A stretch of 64,000 nt of DNA from Eledone cirrhosa (GCA_964016885.1 CAXHJY010000192.1:28170-92169), one strand, 5' to 3'; numbered from the stretch's first letter, positions 13,808-28,649 are shown. Translations and numbers: made by a program. Notes: generated from the letters alone by a model not told the origin.

Positions 13808-14346
13808 CAAAGTGGTCATGGAGGTGCCACAGCAAAAAAGCACCCGGCCCACACTGTAAAGAGGACATGTAGGCGCCACGGAAAAAAAGCACCCAGCACT
13901 CACTGTAAATGAGGTTGGTGTTAGGAAGGGCATCCAGCTGTAGAAATCAAGCCAAAATCAGTTCCCGTACGAGCAAGACAAGGTCACCCGACCTGACATT
14001 GCCCACAACAAAACAACCCGTCTAACCCATGTTAGTGTGGAAGAATGGACGTAAAACAGTGATGATGATGATGAAGGCTTGTAACTTAGTGGTTAGGGTA
14101 TCAAACTAGGTAGGTATTTATCTGCCATGAGCCTCATCCCATGTTTTCATGAGTTTGCCTCTTTCATACGTCCCAGCAACTGGAGATTCTCCGCATTTCT
14201 TTATACAGTTGTTTTATCCAAGTGCATCACATGTCCATACCAACGCAGTCTTCTCTCTCGTGCACTACATCTAATTCCTCTTTTGCTAAGTTTTTTTCTC
14301 TCAGTCTCCTTGTCCTCGCTATGCCTGGAGACCTATACGGAAAAAG

Positions 14347-14429
14347 ACTTTCCTGATGACGGAATGATTTTCCATGTGTTTCTTCGGAAAATATATTTAC
14401 TCCATTCCAGAAACTAATTTGTTGGAAGT
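14347..14429 (+). ncRNA. type I hammerhead ribozyme motif (Penelope/retrozyme-like stub)
   Basis: actttc CTGATGA c-ggaatg...cattcc-a GAAA ctaatttg TT ggaagt. Stems I and II pair. Same family as 50346-50427. Confidence 0.65.
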
Positions 14430-14474
14430 GATTTTTTAGTAAGTAAGTTAATTTTATAATTTTCTTATTTTACG

Positions 14475-14514
<40 letters not shown>

Positions 14515-15076
14515 TTTTCCAATTCTATCACTGCCCAATCTCCTCTCGCTATTTCTTCTTTAAAGTCTCATTCTATTTTCTGATGAAGGACTAGCGCCCG
14601 AAACATTAACTCTCTTTTCCTACTATATCAAGTGTAAAACTAATAATATATTTCTCCAGTGTACATGTTTGCTTTGTTATTTGTTTGTCTTTTGTATATA
14701 TGTATGTATGTATATATATATTTTTAGAAAATGTAGGAATCCTATATATATATATGTAGGTGAGTGTATATATATATATATATATGTAGGTGTGTATATG
14801 TGTGTGTGTATATATATATATTTAGAGACCAATTCTACCCAGTGGTAAACTACCAAATTCAAATGTGTATATATATAGATGTAGGAATGTAAATGCAGAT
14901 TGCCTACAATTACTTTCAGTTCAGTGTTTGAGATTCTTACATCTTCTGAGAATTTCACATCTACCCAAATAGTTTGATACTTCATATTTACAATGTTGCA
15001 TATATCTATATACATATATAATCATCATCATCATCATCATCATTTAACATCCACTCTCCCTGCTAACAAAGGTTGC

Positions 15077-15116
<40 letters not shown>

Positions 15117-15229
15117 TATTAGAAAATGTAGGAATACTAAATACGATTGGCTACATATGTTATATACATAGATTGATAGATAAATAGATAGACAAACAGA
15201 TAGATAGGTGATAGGTGTATATATATAAA

Positions 15230-15260
<31 letters not shown>

Positions 15261-15274
15261 TGGTACCACAGAAC

Positions 15275-15680
15275 ATCCAGTCCACGCTGTAAAGCGGTCA
15301 TGTAGGAGACACAGTAAAAAGGCTCCCAGTCCACACTGTAAAGTGGTCATGTAGGAGACAGTAAAAAGGCTCCCAGTCCATACTGTAATGTGGTCATGTA
15401 GGAGACACAGTAAAAAGGCTTCCAGTCCACACTGTAAAGTGGTCATGTAGGAGACACAGTAAAAAGGCTCCCAGTCCACGCTGTAAAGTGGTCATGTAGG
15501 AGACACAGTAAAAAGGCTCCCAGTCCAAACTGTAATGTGGTCATGTAGGAGACACAGTAAAAAGGCTCCCAGTCCACTGTAAAGTGGTCATGTAGGAGAC
15601 AGTAAAAAGGCTCCCAGTCCATACTGTAATGTGGTCATGTAGGAGACACAGTAAAAAGGCTCCCAGTCCACACTGTAAAT
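15275..15680. repeat. 47-49-bp minisatellite inside a SINE
   Basis: Unit ccagtccacactgtaaagtggtcatgtaggagacacagtaaaaaggctc, about 8 copies. Confidence 0.9.
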
Positions 15681-17329
15681 GTGGTTGGTGTTAGGAAGGG
15701 CATCCAGCCATAGAAAACCTGCCAGAAACAGTTCTGTATGAGTGAGACACGGTCACTCGACCGATCTTGTCTAAAGTGGGATAAATCCGTCTAACCCATG
15801 CTAGTGTGGAAGATAGACGTTAAACGATGATGATGATGATGATTATATATATATATATATATAATTTTGGAATTCATCATCATCATGGTACAAAATCTAA
15901 CATGGGTCAATGATATACAAAATATGTTTGTTTTTTCAGAACTTCACTGTTTAATGGACCGAGAACAGAAAGTATAGGTAGGATGTATAATTTGAACAGA
16001 GCAGAACATAACAGATAATTGCCAGTAGCACTAAGATAGCGTTAAGCCTAATAACAATAAATATAACCATCGTCATGGCTTAGTGGTAAGGGTCTTGAGC
16101 TTACGATCGTCGTGTCACGTGGTCAATTCTTGGACCAGGTTGTGTGTTGTGTTCTTGAGCAAAACACTTCATTTTATGTTGCTCCAGTAGTAAGGAAGTA
16201 GGACTTATGATCATAATGTCGTGGGTTCGATTCCTGGGCTGGGTTGTGTGTTATGTTCGTGAGCAAAACACTTCATTTTATGTTGCTCCAGTACACTCAG
16301 ATGAAAATGAGTACCAGCAATAGCTGGGATGTTTAACCCTGCAAAGGACTGGTGTCCTGTCCAGGGGTGGAGTCTTGTACACTCAGTTGCTTGATGCCAA
16401 GAGAAACTGGTATAATCACCAACCTAATGAGCCTGCAGGACTGAGACAAACCTCCATCTAAACATCTATGCATGTTATGTGGTTATTTTACTTTCCAAGA
16501 GAGTTACCTCATGTTTCTAAAATCAAATACTACCTAGGGTGAGATGGTGGGGAATCTTGAAGGGAGAAGGAATGAAGAAAAAGAATAGGTTAATATATTA
16601 AATGGGGTGGTAGAGGTGTACTGATGAAGGCATCATAGGCTGTGCACTCTACTCTATTGGAAGGTTGCCAGAAACTGGTAAACAAACAACGCAAAGAAAA
16701 ACAAACGATGAGAGCAGAGTAAAAACAAACAAAAATCAATACTGGTAAATATATATATAGTTGGTGTTTAGCACTGATTGTACTGAGCTAATTAACAAAG
16801 GTCAGTCCTGCCATGACCATCCCATCAGATTATTGTATTATTCAATGTGTTCTTTTGTGCTAACTTTTATAAAATTAATCTGACAATGATGGCTGGTGCT
16901 ATCATTAAGGGCAACTAGGGAGCTATCTAGGGTACATACCTCAGAGTGACTCAATACTGACAGGACTGGTGCTACCATTAAGGGCAACTAGGGAGCTATC
17001 TAGAGCACATACCTCAGGGTGACTCAATACTGACAGAGCTGGTGCTACCATTTACGGCACATATCTCGAGAACCACAGTACTGACAGGACTGGTGCTACC
17101 ATTAAGGGCAACTAGGGAGCTATCTAGGGCACATACCTCAGAGAGCCACAGTACTGACAGGGCTGGTGCTACCATTAAGGGCAACTAGGCAGCTATCTCG
17201 GACTGAGACCTCGATTTCTCTCTCTCTCTCTCTCGTCAGATGTGACTGACTAAAATAGAATATAAAACGAACATTGATAGAACAGATACCAGTTATAAGA
17301 TGGGGCTAGTGTAATCAGACATAATACAG

Positions 17330-18370
17330 CCCCGCTCCTATGACTTTCGGAAACATTCTTTCACTCAGAGTTGCTGAAGCATGGAAAAAACTACCTGCAT
17401 CAGTTGTTAGCTGTCGAGACACTGCATCCTTTAAAACCTCCATGGAACAAACTACCTGCATCAGTTGTTAGCTGTCGAGACACTGCATCCTTTAAAACCT
17501 CCATGGAACAAACTACCTGCATCAGTTGTTAGCTGTCGGGACACTGCATCCTTTATAACCTCCATGGAACAAACTACCTGCATCAGTTGTTAGCTGTCGA
17601 GACACTGCATCCTTTAAAACCTCCATGGAACAAACTACCTGCATCAGTTGTTAGCTGTCGAGACACTGAATCCTTTAAAACCTCCATGAAACAAACTACC
17701 TGCATCAGTTGTTAGCTGTCGGGACACTGCATCCTTTATAACCTCCATGGAACAAACTACCTACAGCAGTTGTTAGCTGTCGGGACACTGCATCCTTTAA
17801 AACCTCCATGAAACAAACTACCTGCATCAGTTGTTAGCTGTCGGGACACTGCATCCTTTATAACCTCCATGGAACAAACTACCTGCATCAGTTGTTAGCT
17901 GTCGAGACACTGCATCCTTTAAAACCTCCATGGAACAAACTACCTGCATCAGTTATTAGCTGTCGAGACACTGCATCCTTTAAAACCTCCATGGAACAAA
18001 CTACCTGCATCAGTTGTTAGCTGTCGAGACACTGCATCCTTTAAAACCTCCATGAAACAAACTACCTACATCAGTTGTTAGCTGTCGAGACACTGCATCC
18101 TTTAAAACCTCCATGAAACAAACTACCTACATCAGTTGTTAGCTGTCGAGACACTGCATCCTTTAAAACCTCCATGCTTCCTGAAATTCTCCAACACTAC
18201 ACCTAATATCCCCACTCCATACAGTCGGAGGCATGTGTATATCCTGACTCAAACACTGTTCACTTTCCTGACATTTGTACATTATTCTTTGTACTATACA
18301 TGCACCTTTGATGAGTTGTAGTGCACTTGAGCACTGTAGACAATAATTTTCATTATTATTATTATTATTA
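17330..18370 (+). mobile_element. CR1-like LINE 3' fragment with an internal 61-bp tandem array (about 13 copies)
   Basis: Flanks match 27575-27833. Unit catggaacaaactacctgcatcagttgttagctgtcgagacactgcatcctttaaaacctc, followed by a (TTA)n tail. Confidence 0.88.
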
Positions 18371-19477
18371 TACAGTCCTACATACAAACACATACCTCTT
18401 CTATCTCTCTAATAACCAACCACTCACCCCACACACACCTCAACCAACCTTTAGAAATAATAAAGAACTATTTCCAGAAAAGACTGAGAAAAATTAATAA
18501 GAGAGTATGAATAGATAACCAAATACCAGTAATACGGGGTGAGGAGAGGTCGGACAAAATACACATACACACAGACATCACATACACACACAGACATATA
18601 CATATACACACATACATATACACACAGACACATACATCACATACACAGACATACATATACACACACATATACAGACATATGCACAGACACATACATCACA
18701 TACAGACACACACACATACATATACACACAGACACATACATCACATACACACAGACATATACATATACACACATACATATACACAGACACATACATCACA
18801 TACACATACATATACAGACATATACATTCACACATACAAATACATTTAAACACATTCACACACACATTCACATAGACACACACACACATGGACAGAGGTT
18901 ATGGCTTAGAAGAAAGAAAAAAAAAAATCAAAAGATTAATCATGTATAAAATTGATACCAGTAATACAATGGTGGAGAGATTTAGGTATTCATTATATAA
19001 CACACACGCGGCAAAGAGTTATGTCCCTTTACGTTCTGGGTTCAAATCCTGCCACGGTTAGCTTTGCCTTTCATCTTTAGGAGCTCGATAAAATAAAGTA
19101 CCAGTAACACACTGTGGTCTATTAAAACGACTTTCCTTTCCCCCCTAAAAAACTGTAGGCCTTGTGCCGAAATCAGGAACCATGAGGGTCGGACGACATG
19201 GTTTGTAGCATAGAGTTACGCCCCTTTATGGTCTGAGTTCAAATCCTGTCGAGGTTAACTTTGCCTTTCATTCTTACGGGGTAATGTACTGGGATAATTT
19301 CTGGCCTTGTGCCAAAAGTAGAAACAATTATTATAAGAACTGTAGATTGGCAGAATCGGGAGAGCGTCCAACGTGTTTTGCGGCACAGAGTTACGTCCCT
19401 TTGCGTTCTGAGTTCAAATCCTGCTGAGGTTAGCTCTGCCTTTCATCCTAACAGGGGTCGATAAAATAAAGTACCAG

Positions 19478-19630
19478 CTGTGCCAGGTTTAGGACAAATG
19501 AGGCCCTGTACTAGTTAAATTATGAGGCCCTGAAGGAAGCAAACACATTTTTTGGCAGGAAGATGGGTCACTCTGTACAACAGGGCCCGCTGCTTAAGCA
19601 CACCTAAACACTATGGTAAATCCGGAACTG
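19478..19630. mobile_element. hAT-like MITE inserted in a SINE
   Basis: 8-bp duplication agtaccag at 19470-19477 and 19631-19638. Imperfect TIRs ctgtgccaggttta / taaatccggaactg. Confidence 0.65.
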
Positions 19631-20893
19631 AGTACCAGTAACGCACTGGGGCTGGGGGTCGATTTAATAGACTTTCCCCTGCCCCCAAATTATTGGCCTT
19701 GTGCCCGATCTAGAAACAATTATAACACACAGACACACACACATACAAACACACACATTTACACATACACATTTTTTCACACAGACACACACATTTACAC
19801 ATATAGACACATTCTCATATTTTTTAACTCCTTAATATTTCAAGCTAGTGAGAGAGAAAGTCTACCTCCCCCGCCAAAAAAAAAACAATAGTCACGGGTG
19901 ACCGAGAAAGACAACTGGTTAAGCCTGCATTGAATAATAGATACCGGTAATACAATAGGGTACAATGTAACCTGCCATATAGAACATTTGACACTTGGTA
20001 TATAAATATAACCACATTCTTCCTCTTGTTTCCAGCTAATAAAAGTAGCAAGAGAAATGAATGAAGAAGGAAATATACTAGACGAATGAGTAAGCATAAA
20101 TGGTTACATAATACCAGTAATACTGTGAGGTAATAAATGTAAGGATCGCCTTTGAGACCATGAGAGCTCCACGAGAGACCATGAGATTTTTTTCAAAGAA
20201 AGTTGCCCTCCAAGGCACAAGTCCAGGCATATCGGTCCCACTTCTCAACACCACCAATGTTGTCCAAGGGAAAGGCTATGGCTGATACAGCTTGGCACCA
20301 GTGGTGCCATAACACATATATACATACTGTATGTAGACTGTCTATATACATTATATACACACTATACAAACTCCCTCTTGCACCAATGACCAGCCAACAC
20401 AGGCTGGAGATAGAATATGTAGCAACAAGGTCGGTGCCCCAGCATGGCCTCAGCCGGATGGCTGGAACAAGTAAAAGAGTAAAAGAGTATATATATTCTA
20501 TATATACACACTATATATATTCTATATATACACTATACATGGTGTTGTCCAAGAGAAAGGCAAAGGTTGATGTAGCTTGGCACCAGCAGTCCATTTCTAC
20601 AACTGAGTAAACTGGAGCAATGTGAAATAAAGTGTCTTGCTCAAGGAAACAACGCATCTCCCGGAGCATATCCTTCGAAATCAATAGACATGTCCGAGGA
20701 ACCTGTGAATCCAGAGTCAGGTCGATCCACACATGGATCGCACCTCAAGCTGTTCACCAGGGAAACAATTGTAACACAATAAATTGAGTTCCGATGCATC
20801 ACTGATTTTTCGTTTTCTATTCTATCATACTCTGCTCCATAGGGGCATAGAGTGCTCAACTGGCATACCGCCTATGAAAGCATCTTAGCTACC

Positions 20894-20977
<84 letters not shown>

Positions 20978-21482
20978 GATATAACATCATCATCATCGTT
21001 TAACGTCCATCTTCCACGCTTGCATGGGTTTGTACGGGAGTTTTCCCACTTGAAGCAAGAGTGGTTGTCTTGCTCGTATAGGACTGTCTGGCGGGTTTTC
21101 TACGGCTGGATGCCCTTCCTAACACCAACCACGTTTACAGTGTGGAACTGGGAGGTTTTTACCGTGTTACCTACACGGCCACATTACAGTGTGGACTGTG
21201 TGTTTTTTTGTCATGACACCTACACAACCTCATTTATTTCGGACTGGATGTTGTGGTACCAACATAACTACATAAAGGGGTGGTGTGGATGGGGTGGGGG
21301 TAGTGGGACAGGGGTGTATTTTTGTTAGAGGTGCCTACTGACTGTAGTAGGTTTCACTTTGTACTTAGGTAAGGCGGGTCTTCTGTATTACTGTTCTTTA
21401 ATATTCCAAACAAATATATACCAGTAATACGATGGTAATTATTTACAAAATATAACACTGCCATACAGATATAGCTACATAT

Positions 21483-21600
<118 letters not shown>

Positions 21601-22192
21601 CGCGCGTGTGCGTGTATGTATAAATATATATATATATATATAACGGTTCTTTAATATTTCAAACAAACGAAAGTAGCAACTGGCAGAGGTGAGCGAAGAA
21701 GAAATATACAAACCAGATGAGTAAACATGAATGGAAATAGAAATACCATGTGCGTGTGTGTGTGTGTGTGCATAAAACAAAGCAAGTGTGATAAGGAACC
21801 AGGTGGACCATGACACACCAGAGTACTCGAATAGTAGAGTGGGTAATAATATATGTATATATAGTCATTCCTAATGATTTCATACGAATGAAACAGTTCT
21901 AGTCCTGTAGAAGTCCTCTCAGTCCTTTAATATTCCCAGTAAACGAAATGCTTTTGTGATCTTCTCCACGGCGGCGAGAAGTCCCTTACAAGGCCACGTC
22001 CCAGAATCCTTGCTTTTTCCCTCCTTTTAGGCTTTCATAGGTCCTATCCTCTACAGCCAGCTCTGCCCTTCATTACCTCTTGTATCTTTCTTTCTCATAT
22101 TTATTTATTTATCTTTTAAGAATGTATTAATATGAATGGTTTACCTTTTTAGATATAGATGAACGGGCACGGGGGAACGTATAACCATAATA

Positions 22193-22233
<41 letters not shown>

Positions 22234-22928
22234 TCTTTATTAGCCACAGGGGCACAAAAGAAGGGGACAAATACAAAGGGGGAAGTTTACATACAATAAA
22301 AACGTGTAAAATACTATCACAAATGCAATTTAAAAATTAATCAATTTTCCCCAATAGGGGGAGACATTTCATATGGGTAACACATACCCCCGAAAATAAT
22401 GTGCAACCCTCATCTCCAGGAGTACGAATATATATATAGAGAGAGATAGATAGATAGAGAGAGAAAGAGAGATATATAGATATATAATGTATATAACTGT
22501 TTCTACTTTTGGCACAAGGCTAGCAATTATCTCAATACATTACTGGTACTTTATTTTAACAACCGCGTAAGGATGAAAGGCAAAGTTATATAATATACAC
22601 ACACACATATATATATAATAATATACACATACATATATATATAATATACACACATACATATATATATAATATACACACATACATATATATATAATATACA
22701 CACATACATATATATATAATATACACACACACATAATAATACACACACACACATATAATAATACACACACACATATAATACACACACAAACACATATAAT
22801 ACACACACAAACACATATAATAATACACACACACACATAATAATACACACACACACATAATAATACACACACACACATAATAATACACACACACACATAA
22901 TAATACACACACACATATATATATATAT

Positions 22929-23358
22929 ATTATTCTAAATATTAATAAATAAAGACATTCACATAATCAAAATATATGTTTTATTATATACATTTCGAAG
23001 GTACTGTGCTGTTTTTTCAGTATGTCCTCGTCAGATAAAATACATGAATTGATGTATGACATACCTTAACTGTGCTGATGGTTCAATTCCAGTTTTGGCA
23101 GTAAAATTGAACCATCAAGACCATTGAGGTATGTCATACATCAATTCATGTATTTTATCTGACGAGGACGTACTGGAAAAACAGCACAGTACCTTCGAAA
23201 TGTATATAATAAAACATATATTTTGATTATGTGAATGTCTTTATTTATTAATATTCTGAATAATATTAATAACTCCAGAAAACTTTCTCGTAGAGTGCTT
23301 TTAATCTATTGTAAAACTATATTCATTGAGTAATCAATGAACCATATTAATCTTTGGT
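22929..23358. mobile_element. Penelope-like fold-back fragment with a hammerhead in each arm (22979-23040 minus, 23153-23214 plus)
   Basis: Inverted arms of about 135 bp. Motif ttttat CTGACGA ggacgtactg...cagtaccttc GAAA tgtata TA ataaaa. Flanked by (TA)n. Sibling at 30598-30908. Confidence 0.7.
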
Positions 23359-24043
23359 TATATATATATATATAAGTTGGTGTTATATATATATATATAT
23401 ATATTTATATATACAATATTAAATATTTATATATATATATATATATATATATAACGAAGGAATTGTGGTAAGGAACCAGATGGACCATAACGCACCAGAG
23501 TACTCAATACTTAGGGTAGTAGAGTGGGAAATAGGCTCTGCCGTCGGGGTCACACTTTTTCCTATATATATATAGTGAAGGCGTGTGGCTGAGTGGTTAG
23601 AGAATTGGATTCGCAATCATAAGGTTGTGAGTTCGATTCCTGGACCAGGCGATGCGTTATGTCCTTGGGCAAGACACTTTATTTCACGTTGCTCCTTCTA
23701 CCTGGAGTTGCGACCGATAGATAGTATTAGCAATTGGAAAGACCAACGGAAACATTGTTCCCTCGGTCCGATTTGACGAAAGTCGATCGTTCCTATATAT
23801 ATATATATATATAGTAATAACTGTTTCTACTTTTGGCACAAGGCCAGCAATTACTCAGTGCATTACTGGTACTTTATTTTATCGACCCCGTAAGGATGAA
23901 AGGCAAAGTTAACCTCGGCGGGATTTGAACTCAGACCATAAAGGGACGTAACTATATAGTAATAATAATTACGAAGACCCAAATCCGAAGAGAGCCCCAA
24001 TAAGTATTGTATACAAAAACCCGTAGAACAAATATTTATTATA

Positions 24044-24094
<51 letters not shown>

Positions 24095-24361
24095 TATATA
24101 CGGGCTTCGCTTCGGATGGACAGGCATAAATGACCTTTAACCATAATATATGACATAAAGTATATAATATAATTATAAATAAACAATACTAAAACACACT
24201 TTCGTAATGTGTGTATAGATATAGATATATAGATATATATGTGTGTGTATATGTATGTATATATCAATAATATGAATGGGCTCGTTTGAAATGGATGGGC
24301 ATGAGGGTATTAAAACCAGAATGTGTATATATATATATGTGTGTGTGTGCATATGTATATG

Positions 24362-24396
<35 letters not shown>

Positions 24397-24578
24397 ATGT
24401 ATATGTGTATATATGTATATATATATGTGTGTGTGTGTGTGTATGTATATATCAATAATATGAATGGGCTCGTTTGAAATGGATGGGCATGAGGGTATTA
24501 TAACCATAATATACTAATATAATATATATATTATATACAATATATATAATATATATATCAATAATATGAAAGGTTTAC

Positions 24579-24895
24579 CTTTTGAGACACAGATGGACGG
24601 GCAGGAGGGACCTATAACCACGTACAATATACTGGTTGATCCTTAGAAAATCGGGTATTTCATGGTCCCTGTATAAGGATATTTCCCTGGCATCTTTAAT
24701 ATTGATGTCATTTTTGGTGTTTCTCTTCTTTCTGTCCACCATCATTATTTGTCGACTGCAACAACAGAGCAGACAAGAAGATAATGACGATGGCGATGAA
24801 GATAAACTCTCGGCATCCACCTCAAGGTCCAAGATAACAATGCTGTTCGTCGAGCAACCACCGTCGTCTGCAATCTCAGCCGCCATGTTTTTCAT
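24579..24895 (-). CDS. PAQR3: PAQR3-like, coding exon 1 (start ATG at 24895 or 24886)
   Basis: MKNMAAE...ISLYRDHEIPDFLRINQYIVRGYRSLLPVHLCLK, with the PAQR N-terminal PxxLxxNxYIxxGYR motif. Donor AG|gtaaac, phase 2. Confidence 0.88.
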
Positions 24896-24917
24896 GTCTG
24901 CCGGTGTGTGTGTGTGT

Positions 24918-25545
24918 GTCATTGGAACGGTGTCAATAGTGTGATTATATCTGTATATGTGTGCGTGTGTCATCGAAACGGTGTCAATAGTGTGTTTGTG
25001 TGTGTATAGATATATGTGTGTGTGCGCGTGTCATTGAAACGGTGTCGATAGTGTGTTTATCTCTGTATGTGTGTGCGTGTATTATTATATATGTGTCATT
25101 GAAACGGTGTCGATAGTGTGTTTATATCTGTATATGTGTGTGTCATTGAAACGGTGTCAATAGTGTGTTTATATCTGTATATGTGTGTGTGTCATTGAAA
25201 CGGTGTCGATGGTGTGTTTATATCTGTATATGTGTGTGTGTGTATTATTATATATCTGTCATTGAAACGGTGTTGATAGTGTGTTTGTATGTATATATAT
25301 ATATGTGTGTGTGTGTATGTGTGCGTGTCATTGAAACGGTGTCGATAGTGTGTTTATATGTATATGTGTGTTTAAACGGTGTCGATAGTGTGTGTTTATG
25401 TGTATATGTGTGTGTGTGTGTATATATGGTATATGTGTGTATGTATTAAAAGGTTGTCTATAGTATTTGTATATGTGTAAACGTTATCTATAGTGTGTTT
25501 GTGTGTACTTGTACGTGCTCGTGTGTAAACGTTGTCTATGGTGCA
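24918..25545. repeat. interrupted repeat gtcattgaaacggtgtcgatagtgtg separated by (TG/TA)n spacers
   Basis: About 10 conserved motifs, decaying to the right, directly upstream of the PAQR3 start codon. Confidence 0.8.
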
Positions 25546-26313
25546 TTCCTGCGTGTGTTTATATATATTTATATATATGTGTGTGTATATATATATATAG
25601 TGCAAATTTAGACGGGAACAAAACAGAGAGGGAGACAAATAAAGGTTTATTAGGTTCACAGGTATATATATATATATACCTGTGTATGTGTATGTATGTA
25701 TATATATATATATATATATGTGTGTGTATGTATGTATATATACGTGTGTATGTGTATATATGTGTGTATATGTGTGTGTGTATAGGTATGTGTATATATA
25801 TATATATGTGTGTGTAGATATGTGTATATACATATATATATATACGTGTGTATGTGTATATATGTATGTATGTATATATATATATATATGTGTGTGTGTG
25901 TAGGTATGTGTATGATACATAGATATATAGGTATATGTATTGTAAGAAGCTTGTATGCGGTGTACGTATGTGTTTAATTGAGTGTTAATAAAATCTATAA
26001 ATGTGTCTGTACGTTAATTTCTGTATGTATATATGAAGTATGTACGCAAGCATCTATGCGTATTTTAAGTTGATGGAAAGAGATGGGTAGGGGTAAGATG
26101 TACTTTATGTTTTATATAGGTTCTAATAATATTTATTGATGTAACTCAGCACTTCAAGTATTGTGTCTCCTTGTCAGCAGAAGATGCCGGTCTAGAGTTC
26201 TGGGAGAAATTCACCCATTTCCTCAACCTGCTCTCGTCCGAAAATGTCCTCTCTTATATACGTCCCCTGTTTTTTTTTTCACCCAACGGTGACCTCCATC
26301 CCATAACAGTTGG

Positions 26314-26482
26314 GTGAAGGCGCATGGCTTAGTGGTTAGAGCATTGGGCTTGCAATCGAAAGATTGTGATTTCAATTCTCGGACCGGTGATGTCTTGTGT
26401 CCTTGAGCAAGGCACTTTATTTCACGTTGCTCCAGTTTACTCAGCTGTAGAAATGAGATGATAGGACTGGGGTCCCTATCAT
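26314..26482 (+). mobile_element. tRNA-derived SINE head and core
   Basis: A box tggcttagtgg, B-box-like ttcaattc, core ccttgagcaaggcacttt. Confidence 0.75.
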
Positions 26483-26822
26483 TAAATCGTCCAAGACACC
26501 TCCAACGAGATATACCTTGGAGGAGGCCAGCTAAACCTGCATAGGTGTGAGCTGTCACACACACACACACACACATAGCAGTTAGACGGCTCATTGCAAC
26601 GGCTCTCTGTGGGAATACTTTTGCCGTCTTGTTCGCGGGGCGTAGCACTTCTGCCCTCTTTCCTGAGACCCAAAGTCATATCACCCTCCCCTCTCTTCTG
26701 CGACACCAGTGCTCTTACCATTCCCTTCCCTTTCCGTTCTTTTTCTTCTTTCTCTCTTTTTTCTCTATATTTCCCTATTCTTTCTTTCCTTCCGTTTCCC
26801 TTTTTTATATTATTGCCGTTAT

Positions 26823-27833
26823 TACATACCTGCCGTGATCTGTTCTTGGTCCCCTTTTGTTTGTGGCATATATTAATGACATAGATGCCAACTTAAAGAA
26901 TGCCACGGTATTGAAATATGCAGATGACATCAAGCTGTACTTTGAAATCAAAAGGACTGATCCTGAAATCTACAACTCTTTCCTACAATCAAACCTGGAC
27001 ACAATGCAGCAATGGATCACAGACTGGCAACTGAAGCTGGCTGTGGACAAGTGTACCACCATGCATTTTTGGAGGAAAAATCCAGCGTCCACATACTCCC
27101 TCCACAACACTGATATCAAGAAGTCCTCTTGTGAACGTGACCTGGGCATTACTGTCAGCAGCGATTTGCGTTGGACAAAGCATGTCTCTAAGATTGTCAA
27201 GAAGGCCGAGGGTGTCTTGGCATCACTCAGCAAGACCTTTGTTAGCCGCTCTCCAGCCATCTATTTAAAGCTGTATACAGCTATGGTACGACCACACTTG
27301 GAATTCGCATCATCAGTCTGGAACCCCTATCTTGCTCAGAACATTGACCTCCTGGAAACTATTCAGAGACGTGCAACCAAACGCATACCCTCCATCAGGC
27401 ACCTACCATACTCTGAACGCCTTGCTTCTCGGGGCATGGATTCATTGAAGCTCCGACGTCTGGCAATGGACTTGGTAAACACCCACAAAGTTATTAACCA
27501 TCTCGCCAACAACCCTGAGCACCTTTTTGATCTCCATGTGTCTAACACATGTGGACATGCCTACAAAGTCAGAAAACAGCACAGCTCCCATAACTTTCGG
27601 AAACATTTTTTCACGCTCAGAGTTGCTGAAGCATGGAACAAACTGCCTGCGTCAGTTGTTAGCTGCCGAGACACTGCATCCTTTAAGACCCTCATGCTTC
27701 CCGAAATTCGCCAAAACTACACCTGATGTACCCCTTCCATACACATGCACACATGTGTATATCATGACTCATGCACTGTTCATTTTCCTGACGTTTGATG
27801 AGTTGTAGTGCACATTATTATTATTATTATTAT
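26823..27833 (+). mobile_element. CR1-clade LINE, 5'-truncated (RT C-terminal half, 3' UTR, (TTA)n tail)
   Basis: YADD motif plus LYTAMVRPHLEFASSVWNPY, IQRRATKRI and FFTLRVAEAWNKLP, all typical of CR1/L2 ORF2. Confidence 0.92.
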
Positions 27834-28649
27834 AGTTGTCATTAGGGTGAAGAGGGAAGTGGTGCCTTCCAGCCAATTTGTTGAAAGGTGGGTGAGAGAG
27901 GCAAGAATGGCTCGTGCGAATGGGTCTGCCCTGAGCGTGTGCCTGTAGCATCGTAGGAGGAAGACTGGAAGAGGGTGCTTGCCCTAACAGTCAGGGTAAC
28001 CGTGGCTTTTTTGTGGGCTTTCTCCATGAGTGACCCTCGGAAGTCCCTCCCACCTATTGAGGAATTTTTCCTTGTTTCTTTTTTATACATATAATTTTTT
28101 TTTTTTTTTTTACATGCAGAAATATCCATTTGTACCGTCCTGTGCTGTCCTTGATGTTATACTTTATGTCAACCCTTGTGGTTAATAAAGAAACCCGGTA
28201 GAGCGTCAGACACCATGCTTTGTAGCATAGAGTTACGGCCCTTTATGATCTGAGTTCAAATCCCGCCGAGGTTAACTTTGCCTTTCACCCTTACGGGGTC
28301 GATAAAATAAAGTACCAGTAATACACTGGGATAATTGCTGGCCTTGTGCCAAAAAGTAGAAACAATTATTATTGTAATTATTGTTACTATAAATAATAAG
28401 TTTATTATTGCATGTCTGTCTTCGATCTCAGACAGCCCTGTCCGACGGATTTTGTGGCTCTTGTTGCACCACTAATTGATTTGACAGATGTCAATAACTT
28501 ATTGATACCAAAATGTCTTTGACCAGAGCCTGACATTTCTCAGTCACTCATAAAATGGCTGGTTTGTATACTTTGACTTATTCTTTGAATTAATTTGTAT
28601 TCACCATTCCATCCGTAATCTATATGTTCTTCACCCCCTACTGGTTTCA

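Noticed and set aside
24918-25400. CRISPR-like repeat-spacer appearance (repeat contains attgaaac)
   Set aside because: The spacers are microsatellites of irregular length, the context is eukaryotic and there are no cas genes.
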